A stretch of 64,000 nucleotides of DNA from the NCBI GenBank assembly GCA_965261085.1, contig OZ253442.1, positions 672,001 to 736,000 on the forward strand. Reading direction: 5' to 3'. The notes below the pieces were generated by a model. That model saw only the letters and a list, made by a program, of their open reading frames with translations, was not told the DNA's origin and searched no databases. Numbering within the stretch: the stretch's first letter is position 1; the number at the start of each line of letters is the position of its first letter. This DNA comes from a bacterium (GTDB taxonomy: Bacteria > UBA8248). Positions 37,984-46,274 of this stretch are shown here, piece by piece. Position numbers and translations under genes: made by a program.

Positions 37984-39222
37984 TCAGGTGCTAATGTTTT
38001 GCCACATTTTGGCGAGCCGGTCGAGGATGCGGCCCGCCAGAACCCTTTTTTCGAGTACGGGGAGAGCTTCAGTATCGCTTTCGTCGATAAGCCAGGCGCA
38101 CGAAGCGTCCGCGCCCATCGCGTCCTCAGCGCCTGCGACCTTGTTCGCCACGATGAGGTCCAGTCCTTTTCGCTCGAGCTTATCCTTCGCGCGCTCGAGC
38201 ACCTCATCGGTTTCAGCGGCGAAGCCGACCAGGATTCTGCTTCCCTTGTCCACCCCGAGTTCGGCGAGTATGTCGGTCGTTCGCTCAAGCTCAATCGCGA
38301 GAGGCCCGTCGCCTTTTTTGTGTTTCTGGATCGATGGATCGACCGGGCGGTAATCCGCCACGGCGGCCGCCATGACGAGGGCGTGGGCATCGGTCCATTC
38401 GTTCTTCACCGCCTCATACATCTCGGCGGCAGATTCCACGCGCACCACGCGCACGCCCGGCGGGTCTGCGAGAGTGGTGGGACCGCTCACGAGGACGACG
38501 TCCGCCCCGCGCCTCGCGGCCTCTCCCGCCAGGGCGAAGCCCATCTTGCCGCTCGAGCGGTTCGAGAGATAGCGCACGGCGTCCCACCGCTCCCGCGTGG
38601 GTCCCGCCGTGACGAGCAGCTTCATGCCGGCGAGGTCTGGATTCGGCAAAAGAATCCGGCGCGCGGCAAGCAGTATTTCCTGCGGCTCGGGCATGCGTCC
38701 CCGGCCGGTTCCCTCCTCCGCGCGGGCCATCCGCCCTACGCCCGGCTCCATCACGACGTGGCCCCTCTCGCGCAGGGCGGCGACGTTTTCCTGAACGGCG
38801 GGCGAGGCCCACATGCGCGGGTTCATGGCGGGAGCGATGAGGACCGGCGGCTTTGCGGACAACAAGAGCGTAGAAAGAAAATCATCCCCCACCCCTTGCG
38901 CGAATTTCCCGATAATGTTCGCCGTGGCCGGCGCAATGATGATGAGGTCCGCATGATCCGTCAGGGAAATGTGCGGCATGTCGCCCGTGGATTCGCCTCC
39001 CTCGATGGGAAACATCCGCTGGATGGGCGTCTTGCCCGTGAGCACCTCGAAGGGCAGCGGCTGAACGAACGAGGCGGCGCTTTGCGTCAGAACCGTCTGA
39101 ACCTCGGCCCCGTCCAGCACGAGAAGGCGCGCCAGGTCGATAGATTTATACGAGGCGATGCCGCCCGATACGCCCAAGACAGTTTTCTTGCCGGAAAGGG
39201 GGGCCGGGGCGTTTTCGCTCAA
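37984..39222 (-). CDS. coaBC: Phosphopantothenoylcysteine decarboxylase/ligase
   Basis: GGIASYK, APATAN, PAMN, TAGPTRE, SNRSSGKMG, AAVADY, GFAAET. Confidence 0.96.
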   Translation of the reverse strand: MSENAPAPLSGKKTVLGVSGGIASYKSIDLARLLVLDGAEVQTVLTQSAASFVQPLPFEVLTGKTPIQRMFPIEGGESTGDMPHISLTDHADLIIIAPATANIIGKFAQGVGDDFLSTLLLSAKPPVLIAPAMNPRMWASPAVQENVAALRERGHVVMEPGVGRMARAEEGTGRGRMPEPQEILLAARRILLPNPDLAGMKLLVTAGPTRERWDAVRYLSNRSSGKMGFALAGEAARRGADVVLVSGPTTLADPPGVRVVRVESAAEMYEAVKNEWTDAHALVMAAAVADYRPVDPSIQKHKKGDGPLAIELERTTDILAELGVDKGSRILVGFAAETDEVLERAKDKLERKGLDLIVANKVAGAEDAMGADASCAWLIDESDTEALPVLEKRVLAGRILDRLAKMWQNIST

Positions 39223-39800
39223 CGCGAATCGACCTCCCCGCGATGTTGCAGAATGATTTTTCTCAGTTCCTGGGAGGCGACGTCCAAGTCGTCGTTGATG
39301 ATGACGTGGTCGAACTGATGGCTTTGCGCCATCTCTTCTTCCGCCCTCGAGAGCCGGAATTGGACGTCTTCGCCGGTTTCCGTCGCCCGGTGTTCGAGGC
39401 GATTGGCGAGTTCATCCAGCGAGGGCGGCATGACGAAGACGAGGCTCGCCTCCGTTCGCTTTCTCTTGACTTGTAAGGCGCCCTGGACGTCCAGGTCCAT
39501 GATGACGGCGTTTCCCCCGGCCAGGTGCGCGTCGACCGCATCGGTGGGCGTTCCGTAGCATTCCTCGAAAACGTGCGCCCATTCGAGGAATTCGTTTCTG
39601 GCGATCATTTCGTCGAACTGCGGTTGCTCCAGGAAATAATAATGAACCCCGTCCTGTTCATAATCGCGTCTTGGGCGCGTCGTCGCGCTTATCGAGTGCC
39701 AGATATTAGGAAGCTCCCGGCAGGAGCGGTCGATGAGCGTGGATTTGCCCGCCCCCGAAGGAGCGGAGAGAACGAAGAGATGGCCTCTGCTTTGCATCAT
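39219..39800 (-). CDS. gmk: Guanylate kinase
   Basis: SAPSGAGKST, SATTRPRR, DGVHYYF, LDVQGA. Confidence 0.96.
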   Translation of the reverse strand: MMQSRGHLFVLSAPSGAGKSTLIDRSCRELPNIWHSISATTRPRRDYEQDGVHYYFLEQPQFDEMIARNEFLEWAHVFEECYGTPTDAVDAHLAGGNAVIMDLDVQGALQVKRKRTEASLVFVMPPSLDELANRLEHRATETGEDVQFRLSRAEEEMAQSHQFDHVIINDDLDVASQELRKIILQHRGEVDSR

Positions 39801-40681
39801 TCGGCGTTCTGAACTTGTTCGCGGATTTTCTCGATGGCGCTTTTCACATCGACTGCGCACTGGGTGAGGGTCAAGTCGATGGATTTCGACGATATCGTAT
39901 TGGCCTCGCGGTTCATCTCCTGGGTGAGGAAATCGAGTTTGCGGCCGATGGGGCCTTTCTCTTCGAGCATCTCGCGAAACTGGACGACGTGGCTGTCCAG
40001 ACGGCTGAGTTCCTCGCTGATGTCCCCGCGCTCGGCGGCGTAAATCATCTCCTGCTCGAGACGCCCCTCGTCCACCTCGACGCTGCCTGCGATTTCATGA
40101 ATCCGCTCGCGCATCCGCTCGGTGAGCAGCCTGCGCGCCTCGGGCAGGCGTTCGCGTATCTCGCCGCATCGCTCCTTCACCGTGGCGAGGTGATCGTGGA
40201 TGTCTTTCGCGAGCGCGCCGCCTTCTTTTTCGCGCATGAGGCCCAGCGCGCCCAGCGCATCGCCCAGCGATTCCATCAGGACGGCCCGGAGATCGTCCTT
40301 GTCCGGTTCGGGCTCCGCGCTTTTGAGCAGGTCCCTGAAGCCGGTGAGTATCGATAGATCGATCTCGCCCGCGATTCCTAACTCATCCTTTAAGGATTTC
40401 AAGGTGGCGAGAAGGGATTTCGCGGCTTCGGCGTCGATGGGAGACGTGTGGTTGCCCTCCTCGCCCGAGCGGATATAGATGTCGAAGCGTCCCCGGGAGA
40501 AGCGCTTTTTCACCGCCTCGCGCACCTCGTTCTCCAGAGCGAGCGACCAGCGCGGCCCCCGGCAGGAGACCTCCAGATAGCGGTGATTCACCGAGCGTGC
40601 CTCCACGCTGAGCGAAGCCTCGCCCAGCGCCCTCTCTCCCGCACCGTAACCCGTCATGCTGTCTATCATGTTCCGCCCCAT
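39797..40681 (-). CDS. yicC: YicC/YloC family endoribonuclease
   Basis: SMTGYG, RSVNHRYL, GRKLDFLTQEMNREANT, EKIREQVQN. Confidence 0.95.
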   Translation of the reverse strand: MGRNMIDSMTGYGAGERALGEASLSVEARSVNHRYLEVSCRGPRWSLALENEVREAVKKRFSRGRFDIYIRSGEEGNHTSPIDAEAAKSLLATLKSLKDELGIAGEIDLSILTGFRDLLKSAEPEPDKDDLRAVLMESLGDALGALGLMREKEGGALAKDIHDHLATVKERCGEIRERLPEARRLLTERMRERIHEIAGSVEVDEGRLEQEMIYAAERGDISEELSRLDSHVVQFREMLEEKGPIGRKLDFLTQEMNREANTISSKSIDLTLTQCAVDVKSAIEKIREQVQNAE

Positions 40682-40784
40682 GATGCGTTGTTAACAGCCC
40701 ACCTGAAAGAGTCTACAATAATTTTCCGGTCGGAGCCTGTCAATTTATGCGCTCCGTGAAGATATTCTCGCATTCGGGTGGTAT

Positions 40785-42560
40785 ATGGATACTTTCGTGC
40801 TTCAGGCGATAGCGGCGGAATTGAACGAGAACCTTCTGGGCGCGCGTCTCGATAGGATATCTCAGTCCGACGCGCACACGATCGTCCTTTTTTTCTCGGG
40901 CGCGAGTAGACAAAAACGCGCCCTTCTCATGAGCGTGGACCCCGCGCACCCGAGGGTTCATCTGGTAGCAGACCCACCCTCGAGCCTGCCCGAGGCGCCC
41001 ACTTTTTGCCGCGCGCTCAGAAAACACATAAGCGGCCTTCGCCTCACCCGCGCGGCGGCGGGAGAGTGGGAGCGCGTGCTGCAGTTCTCCTTCGAGCGAG
41101 GGGGCGGCTCAGGGCTTGGTGGTTCCTTCGCGCTCATGGCGGAGGTGATGGGCCGGTGGAGCAACCTCGTACTCTTGGGCGGCGCGACGGGCGAGATTTT
41201 AGAAGCCAAAAGGCTGGTTCCGCCCGGCCCGCACACGCCGAGGCCGCTCGAGAGAGGGGGCAGGTATCAGTTGCCGCCCGAGCAGAAAAAAGCCAATCCA
41301 GCGGAACTCACGAAAGAGACCATCCAAAAGATGATAGCGGAGGCGAACCTCTCCTCCGCCACCCGGGAGGAATTCGCAAAATGGCTGGTTCGCTTGGTCA
41401 CGGGCGTGAGCCCTGCCCTTGCGCGGGAACTCTCTCTCCTCTCCGGCGCCGATGAGGAATGGGCGGGTGCTGCGGACGCGCTCATGGGGGCGATCGAGAG
41501 CTACCGGAAAAAAGAGTTCACCCCCGCCTGGGTGCTGGGGGCGGACGGAGAACCCGTTGGGTTGAGCGCGGCCCGAATCCCCGGCATGGTCACAGCTTCA
41601 TACCGGAGTTTCAGTTCCATGAACGAGGCGGCGGATGCGTTTTATGGAAGTCTCGTGAAAGACGCCCGACTGGGTGAGCAAAAAAAGAGAGTCTCAAAGA
41701 CTCTCCGCCGCGCGGGGGAGAGGGTGCGTTCCTCCATCGAGGCGGTGCGGAGGGATTTGGCCTCCGCCGAGGAGGCGGAAGACATTCTGCGAAAAGGGGA
41801 GCTTTTGCTCGCGCATCTGGGCGAGGTGGAGGAAAAAGCAAAAGTTTTCTCCGTACCGGATAAGGAGGCGCCTCTCGAAATCGCGCTCGACCCCAAGCTC
41901 ACGCCCTCTGAAAACGCGCAGAAGTATTTCCGCCGCTACAAGAAGTTAAAGCGCCGCGCCTCTACCAGTATGGTGCGCTTACACGAGATGGAAGAAGATG
42001 AGAGGTTTATCGGCGCTTTGGGGTTCGATCTCGAAACGGCGGATGAGGCCGGGGACCTCGCCGGTGTGGAAGAAGCGCTGGCGCAGGCGGGCTACGCCGG
42101 GCGGAGGGGAGAGAAAAAAGCGGAGAAAGATGCGCGTAGGAAGGGCAGGCAGGCAGCCCGAGCCAGGCCCTACAGGCGGTTCGCCTCTCCTGCGGGCTGG
42201 GAGGTCATCGTCGGCAAGAACGCCATGGGCAATGACGAACTGCTCAAAAGTGTGGGCCGGGCGAGCGATACTTGGCTTCATGCCCGGGGGGTTCCCGGCA
42301 GCCACGTGCTCCTTCGCCGCGCAGATGGTGAGCCTGCGGAGCCGGATGAGGAGATTCTCGCCCATGCGGCGGCGTTCGCGGCGTATTTCAGCCGTGGCCG
42401 GACGGATTCAAAGCTCACCGTCGCCTACCTCCCTTTCTCGCGTTTAAGGAAGCCGAAAGGGCGGCGTCCCGGACAGGTGCTGATCGGCAGCCACCAGACG
42501 ATTCTCGTCGACCCGGATATGGGCCGACGCCTGTGTGCGGAATGGGAGGAGGTTTCGTGA
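40785..42560 (+). CDS. rqcH: Ribosome quality-control protein RqcH (NFACT/FbpA)
   Basis: MD start, EVMGRWSN, ENAQKYFRRYKK, VGKNAMGND, WLHARGVPGSHV. Confidence 0.92.
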   Translation: MDTFVLQAIAAELNENLLGARLDRISQSDAHTIVLFFSGASRQKRALLMSVDPAHPRVHLVADPPSSLPEAPTFCRALRKHISGLRLTRAAAGEWERVLQFSFERGGGSGLGGSFALMAEVMGRWSNLVLLGGATGEILEAKRLVPPGPHTPRPLERGGRYQLPPEQKKANPAELTKETIQKMIAEANLSSATREEFAKWLVRLVTGVSPALARELSLLSGADEEWAGAADALMGAIESYRKKEFTPAWVLGADGEPVGLSAARIPGMVTASYRSFSSMNEAADAFYGSLVKDARLGEQKKRVSKTLRRAGERVRSSIEAVRRDLASAEEAEDILRKGELLLAHLGEVEEKAKVFSVPDKEAPLEIALDPKLTPSENAQKYFRRYKKLKRRASTSMVRLHEMEEDERFIGALGFDLETADEAGDLAGVEEALAQAGYAGRRGEKKAEKDARRKGRQAARARPYRRFASPAGWEVIVGKNAMGNDELLKSVGRASDTWLHARGVPGSHVLLRRADGEPAEPDEEILAHAAAFAAYFSRGRTDSKLTVAYLPFSRLRKPKGRRPGQVLIGSHQTILVDPDMGRRLCAEWEEVS

Positions 42561-42744
42561 GGGGGGATGGAAACGCCCGGCGAAGAACAACGCTGCTCCC
42601 GCAGGTTCTTCTTGGAGGATGACGAGTAAAGGAAAAACCAAGAGGACACGGGGGTGTGGGTATATATGTCTGCCACTGCGAAGGTGTAATCTTTCCCCCT
42701 TTGGTCTTGAGTGCACGATGCGAGAGCGAAAGATTCACTCTTGC

Positions 42745-42787
42745 TTGACGATCCATGACTATTCCGATATTATTACCTGATAGGTAA
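42745..42787 (+). promoter_or_regulatory. Sigma70 promoter and operator of higBA
   Basis: TTGACG-17-TATTAT (42745-42773) overlapped by palindrome TTACCT-GAT-AGGTAA (42773-42787); second IR CGTTATC-N8-GATAACG next to the start codon. Confidence 0.7.
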
Positions 42788-42830
42788 CAAAATAGAGTCG
42801 ATTTGTCGTTATCGCCTGAAAGATAACGAA

Positions 42831-43166
42831 GTGGAAATTGCCTTCCGAACCCGAAAACTTGAAAAGACACTCAACTCGGAGAGTGAGCTCCAAAAGACGT
42901 ATGGCAAACCCATGGCGGAGAAGCTGATGTCGAGGCTGGCGGTCTTGAAACACGCCCGCACGTTGGCGGAAGTGCCATCGAGTCCGCCGGATCGGTGCCA
43001 TCCCCTGAAGGGCGAGCGTGAGGGACAATACGCCGTCGATCTCGCTCATCCCCGCAGGCTCGTCTTCGAGCTAAACCACGAACCGGTTCCCAGGAAGCAG
43101 GACGGCGGAATCGACCTGGATAAGGTCACTGCGATCATTATCGTTGACGTGGTCGACTATCATTGA
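42831..43166 (+). CDS. higB: HigB/RelE-like toxin
   Basis: MEIAFRTRKLEK, CHPLKGEREGQYAVDL, C-terminal VDYH. Confidence 0.88.
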   Translation: MEIAFRTRKLEKTLNSESELQKTYGKPMAEKLMSRLAVLKHARTLAEVPSSPPDRCHPLKGEREGQYAVDLAHPRRLVFELNHEPVPRKQDGGIDLDKVTAIIIVDVVDYH

Positions 43167-43179
43167 GGAGGTGGAGAAC

Positions 43180-44277
43180 ATGACCGGACCAACCAATGCG
43201 TACCAACCAGACTACGCTGTTGCGCCCGGAGCGGTACTTGCGGAACGTCTCGAAGCGCATGACATGTCGTATGCGGACTTCGCCCGCCGATGTGGTCGTT
43301 CACCCAAGCTCATCAGCGAAATAGTCGCGGGAAAAGCCCCAGTGGAACCGAAAACGGCCCTTCAATTCGAAAAAGTTACAGGAGTCGCCGCCCATATCTG
43401 GCTTGGAATCGAAGCCGACTACCGGCTTCATAAGGCGCAAGAGGCTGAAATGAAACAAGTTGAAAAATCTACCTCGTGGGCGAAGTGTTTTCCCGTGAAC
43501 GCTCTAGTCAAGCGCGGGGTGATGGATAAACTGCCTTCGTCCGCCTCCAAGGTTTCGGGCCTGCTCTCCTTTTTCGGTGTCGCATCGGCCGAAGCTTGGA
43601 AGATCGAGTATGGGGCGGGGAGTGTCAGCTACAGGCATTCTCCGAGCTTCGAGAGCGACGAATACGCTCTGGCGACCTGGCGTAGGCTGAGCGAGTTTGA
43701 AGCCGAAAGGCAAACTTGCGCCGAATTTAATGCGACTAGATTCAAACAATCCCTTAAGGAAATCCGTGCGCTTACGCGCGAGCCGTTCGAGGAGGCGATA
43801 GGGAAGGCGAGCGAATGTTGCAACGAATCGGGCGTCGTACTGGCTTTGATTCCGTCTTTACCGAAAATTGCAATCAGCGGCGCCGCATGGTGGCTGTCGA
43901 GCCAAAAAGCAGTGATCGCCCTGAGCGCGCGACACAAGACGGACGATCATTTATGGTTCACCTTGTTCCACGAAGCCGCGCACATCCTGTTGCATGGCAA
44001 AAGAGAAGTCTTCGTCGATTCGGAGGGAAACAACGCCGAAGGGCATGAAGCCGAAGCGAACCGATGGGCTTCTGATTTCCTGATTCCGAGTGAGGATTGG
44101 GAGCGGTTCGTCGCGGATGGACCGAAAACCCTCCCGGCTGTTCGCCGATTCGCCGAGGAGCAGGGTATCGCCCCCGGTATTGTGGTCGGCAGGCTTCAGC
44201 ACGAACGCCATCTGCCTTGGAGGCACCGCATGAACAAGCTAAAAAACCGTCTGGAGTGGGTTGAAGTGAATGGCTGA
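43180..44277 (+). CDS. higA: HigA-type XRE antitoxin fused to an ImmA/IrrE metallopeptidase domain
   Basis: PDYAVAPG HTH region; DHLWFTLFHEAAHILLH (HEXXH); EAEANRWA. Confidence 0.88.
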   Translation: MTGPTNAYQPDYAVAPGAVLAERLEAHDMSYADFARRCGRSPKLISEIVAGKAPVEPKTALQFEKVTGVAAHIWLGIEADYRLHKAQEAEMKQVEKSTSWAKCFPVNALVKRGVMDKLPSSASKVSGLLSFFGVASAEAWKIEYGAGSVSYRHSPSFESDEYALATWRRLSEFEAERQTCAEFNATRFKQSLKEIRALTREPFEEAIGKASECCNESGVVLALIPSLPKIAISGAAWWLSSQKAVIALSARHKTDDHLWFTLFHEAAHILLHGKREVFVDSEGNNAEGHEAEANRWASDFLIPSEDWERFVADGPKTLPAVRRFAEEQGIAPGIVVGRLQHERHLPWRHRMNKLKNRLEWVEVNG

Positions 44278-44328
44278 CCGGGAATGAAGATGGGCGCGAA
44301 CGAGATCCAGATTCTTTGGAATATCAGG

Positions 44329-44385
44329 CTGGTCGATCCGGATTTGGGAAGACGGCTGTGTGAAGAATGGGAGGAGGTTTCGTGA
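44329..44385 (+). repeat. Orphan duplicate of the rqcH 3' end (57 bp)
   Basis: Encodes LVDPDLGRRLCEEWEEVS* versus LVDPDMGRRLCAEWEEVS* at 42504-42560. Confidence 0.9.
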
Positions 44386-44446
44386 GTGGGGGAGAAGATA
44401 CTATGTTGTCCGCCCTTACGGAACTTTCACTTCCTCTCCGAGATTG

Positions 44447-44526
44447 CCGTCATTCCGGCGAATGCCGGAATCCAGAACCGACGCATTTCTCACCCGTCTA
44501 GATTCCGGCATTCGCCGGAATGACGG
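44447..44526. repeat. REPIN-like inverted doublet (GTCATTCCGGCG family)
   Basis: 30-bp arms CCGTCATTCCGGCGAATGCCGGAATCCAGA / TCTAGATTCCGGCATTCGCCGGAATGACGG, one mismatch. Confidence 0.85.
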
Positions 44527-44540
44527 TCAAAAGCAAAGCC

Positions 44541-44566
44541 GGGCGGACATGTGGATCCGCCCCTAC
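44541..44566 (-). repeat. GTAG-type REP sequence
   Basis: Minus strand GTAGGGGCGGATCCACATGTCCGCCC; a degenerate copy lies near 44408-44419. Confidence 0.7.
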
Positions 44567-44581
44567 GAATTAGGTACCCCC

Positions 44582-45004
44582 CTACCCGCTTCCCTCCAGA
44601 ATTCTCTTCAAATTCGCGAGTTCGCGGATGTTTCTGAGCGTGCCGTCGCGGTGTTTGGCCTGGTTTTCATATTCGTCGCACTCGACCGTGTGGAGAACGT
44701 GGGTGTAGGGGCCTTCTTCCTCGAAGTAGTAGCTGATGATCATGACGGGCGTTTTCTCAGCGCCCTCGAAGTTGTGCCAGACGATTTTTCGGTTCGGCTC
44801 CCATACCATGATTTCCGAGGCGTGCTCGGCCCCGCTCGTGTAGACCTGGTGAAAGCGCATCCCCACCCCTGTTTTTTGCTCGGATATAATCTTTATGCTT
44901 TGGCTGAAATCCGCGATTTTGGGATGCGTTTCCACGTGGCCGATGAAGTGGAACACTTTTTCTGCGGGGGCGCGTATTTTTTCGATGACCGCTACGGGAG
45001 GCAT
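44582..45004 (-). CDS. SRPBCC family protein
   Basis: IRAPAEKVF ... WEPNRKIVW ... ELANLKRILE. Confidence 0.8.
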   Translation of the reverse strand: MPPVAVIEKIRAPAEKVFHFIGHVETHPKIADFSQSIKIISEQKTGVGMRFHQVYTSGAEHASEIMVWEPNRKIVWHNFEGAEKTPVMIISYYFEEEGPYTHVLHTVECDEYENQAKHRDGTLRNIRELANLKRILEGSG

Positions 45005-45015
45005 GAGGCTCTCCT

Positions 45016-46179
45016 TTACAAGAATTTCGCCAACACGCGGTTGGCCAGAAGCGTTCCCTTTTCCGACAAGAGAAGGTGGCCGTTTTTTCTCGCCACCAGG
45101 CCTGAGTTCTCCAACTCTTCAAATAATTCCCCGAACGAATCTTCGGGGTCTGCGCCGCATTCTTGCGCGATTCGCTTTAGCGAGACGCCCTCTTTCATGC
45201 GGAGTCCGAGCATCAGGGACTCGCCGATCGCTTTTTGCGGTTCATCCACACGCTCGGCGCCGGCGGTGGGGTCGCTCGCGTTCTGCGCGTAGACATCGGG
45301 TCTGGCGTGGTTCCACAAGCGCTTCCCGTCCAGGAGGGAATGCGCGCCTGCGCCTAAGCCGAGATAGTCTCCCCGCCGCCAGTAATTCAGGTTGTGCTTA
45401 CACGCGAAGCCGGGTCTTGCGAAATTGCTGATCTCATAACGCTCATAGCCGGCGGCGGCCAGGGCGGAATCCCTGAGCTCCCACATACGAAGCGCCGTCT
45501 CCTCATCAGGCAGGCCGCTCAACTCCCCGCGCGCCTGGCGCGCGTGAAAGGCCGTGCCCGGCTCTATGGTCAACTCATAGGCGGAGAGGTGCTCGGGCCC
45601 TAAATCGAGGGCGCATTCGACGTCTTGTGCGGCTGCCTCTATCGTCTGATACGGGATGCCGAACATGAGATCCAGCGAGACGTTGGAAAAACCCGCCTCG
45701 CGGACGGATTGAAATGCTTTTTGCGCGTCATCGCCCGTGTGCACCCGGTCGAGTCTTTTGAGCGCTTCGTCGTCGAACGTCTGGACGCCGATGCTGATCC
45801 GGTTGATGCCCGCCTCGCGCAGTGCGGCGAAGCGCTCGGCTTCCGCCGCCCCGGGGTTCGCCTCCAGCGTGATTTCGCAATCAGGATCCAGGTCGAACAA
45901 CGCGGTGACGAGGTGCAGAACGCGCTTCGTTTCTTCAGGTGGAAACAGCGAGGGTGTGCCCCCGCCGAAAAATATCGTCTCTATCCTCCGGCCTTCCAGG
46001 GAGAACTCCTCGATGCGGCTTTTCACCTCCTCCATCAGCGCATCCGCATAGCGGCGCGCCCAGTCCTCACTCGCGTGGCCTTTTTCCAGCAGGGTATCGA
46101 GGGCGTAGGAGTTGAAATCGCAATACCCGCATTTGGCGATGCAAAAAGGAATGTGGATGTAAAGTGATAGTGGTTTCAT
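45016..46179 (-). CDS. hemW: Radical SAM heme chaperone HemW
   Basis: LYIHIPFCIAKCGYCDFNS, GGGTPS, EANP, YEISNFA, HNLNYW. Confidence 0.93.
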   Translation of the reverse strand: MKPLSLYIHIPFCIAKCGYCDFNSYALDTLLEKGHASEDWARRYADALMEEVKSRIEEFSLEGRRIETIFFGGGTPSLFPPEETKRVLHLVTALFDLDPDCEITLEANPGAAEAERFAALREAGINRISIGVQTFDDEALKRLDRVHTGDDAQKAFQSVREAGFSNVSLDLMFGIPYQTIEAAAQDVECALDLGPEHLSAYELTIEPGTAFHARQARGELSGLPDEETALRMWELRDSALAAAGYERYEISNFARPGFACKHNLNYWRRGDYLGLGAGAHSLLDGKRLWNHARPDVYAQNASDPTAGAERVDEPQKAIGESLMLGLRMKEGVSLKRIAQECGADPEDSFGELFEELENSGLVARKNGHLLLSEKGTLLANRVLAKFL

Positions 46180-46274
46180 GGCATGATCTTTTTGTCGGTA
46201 AAATTATGAATCCCAAACCCTTTTTTGTATGATAGCCTTCCTTCCAATCATTTTATAAGCCAGGGGGAGCAGAG

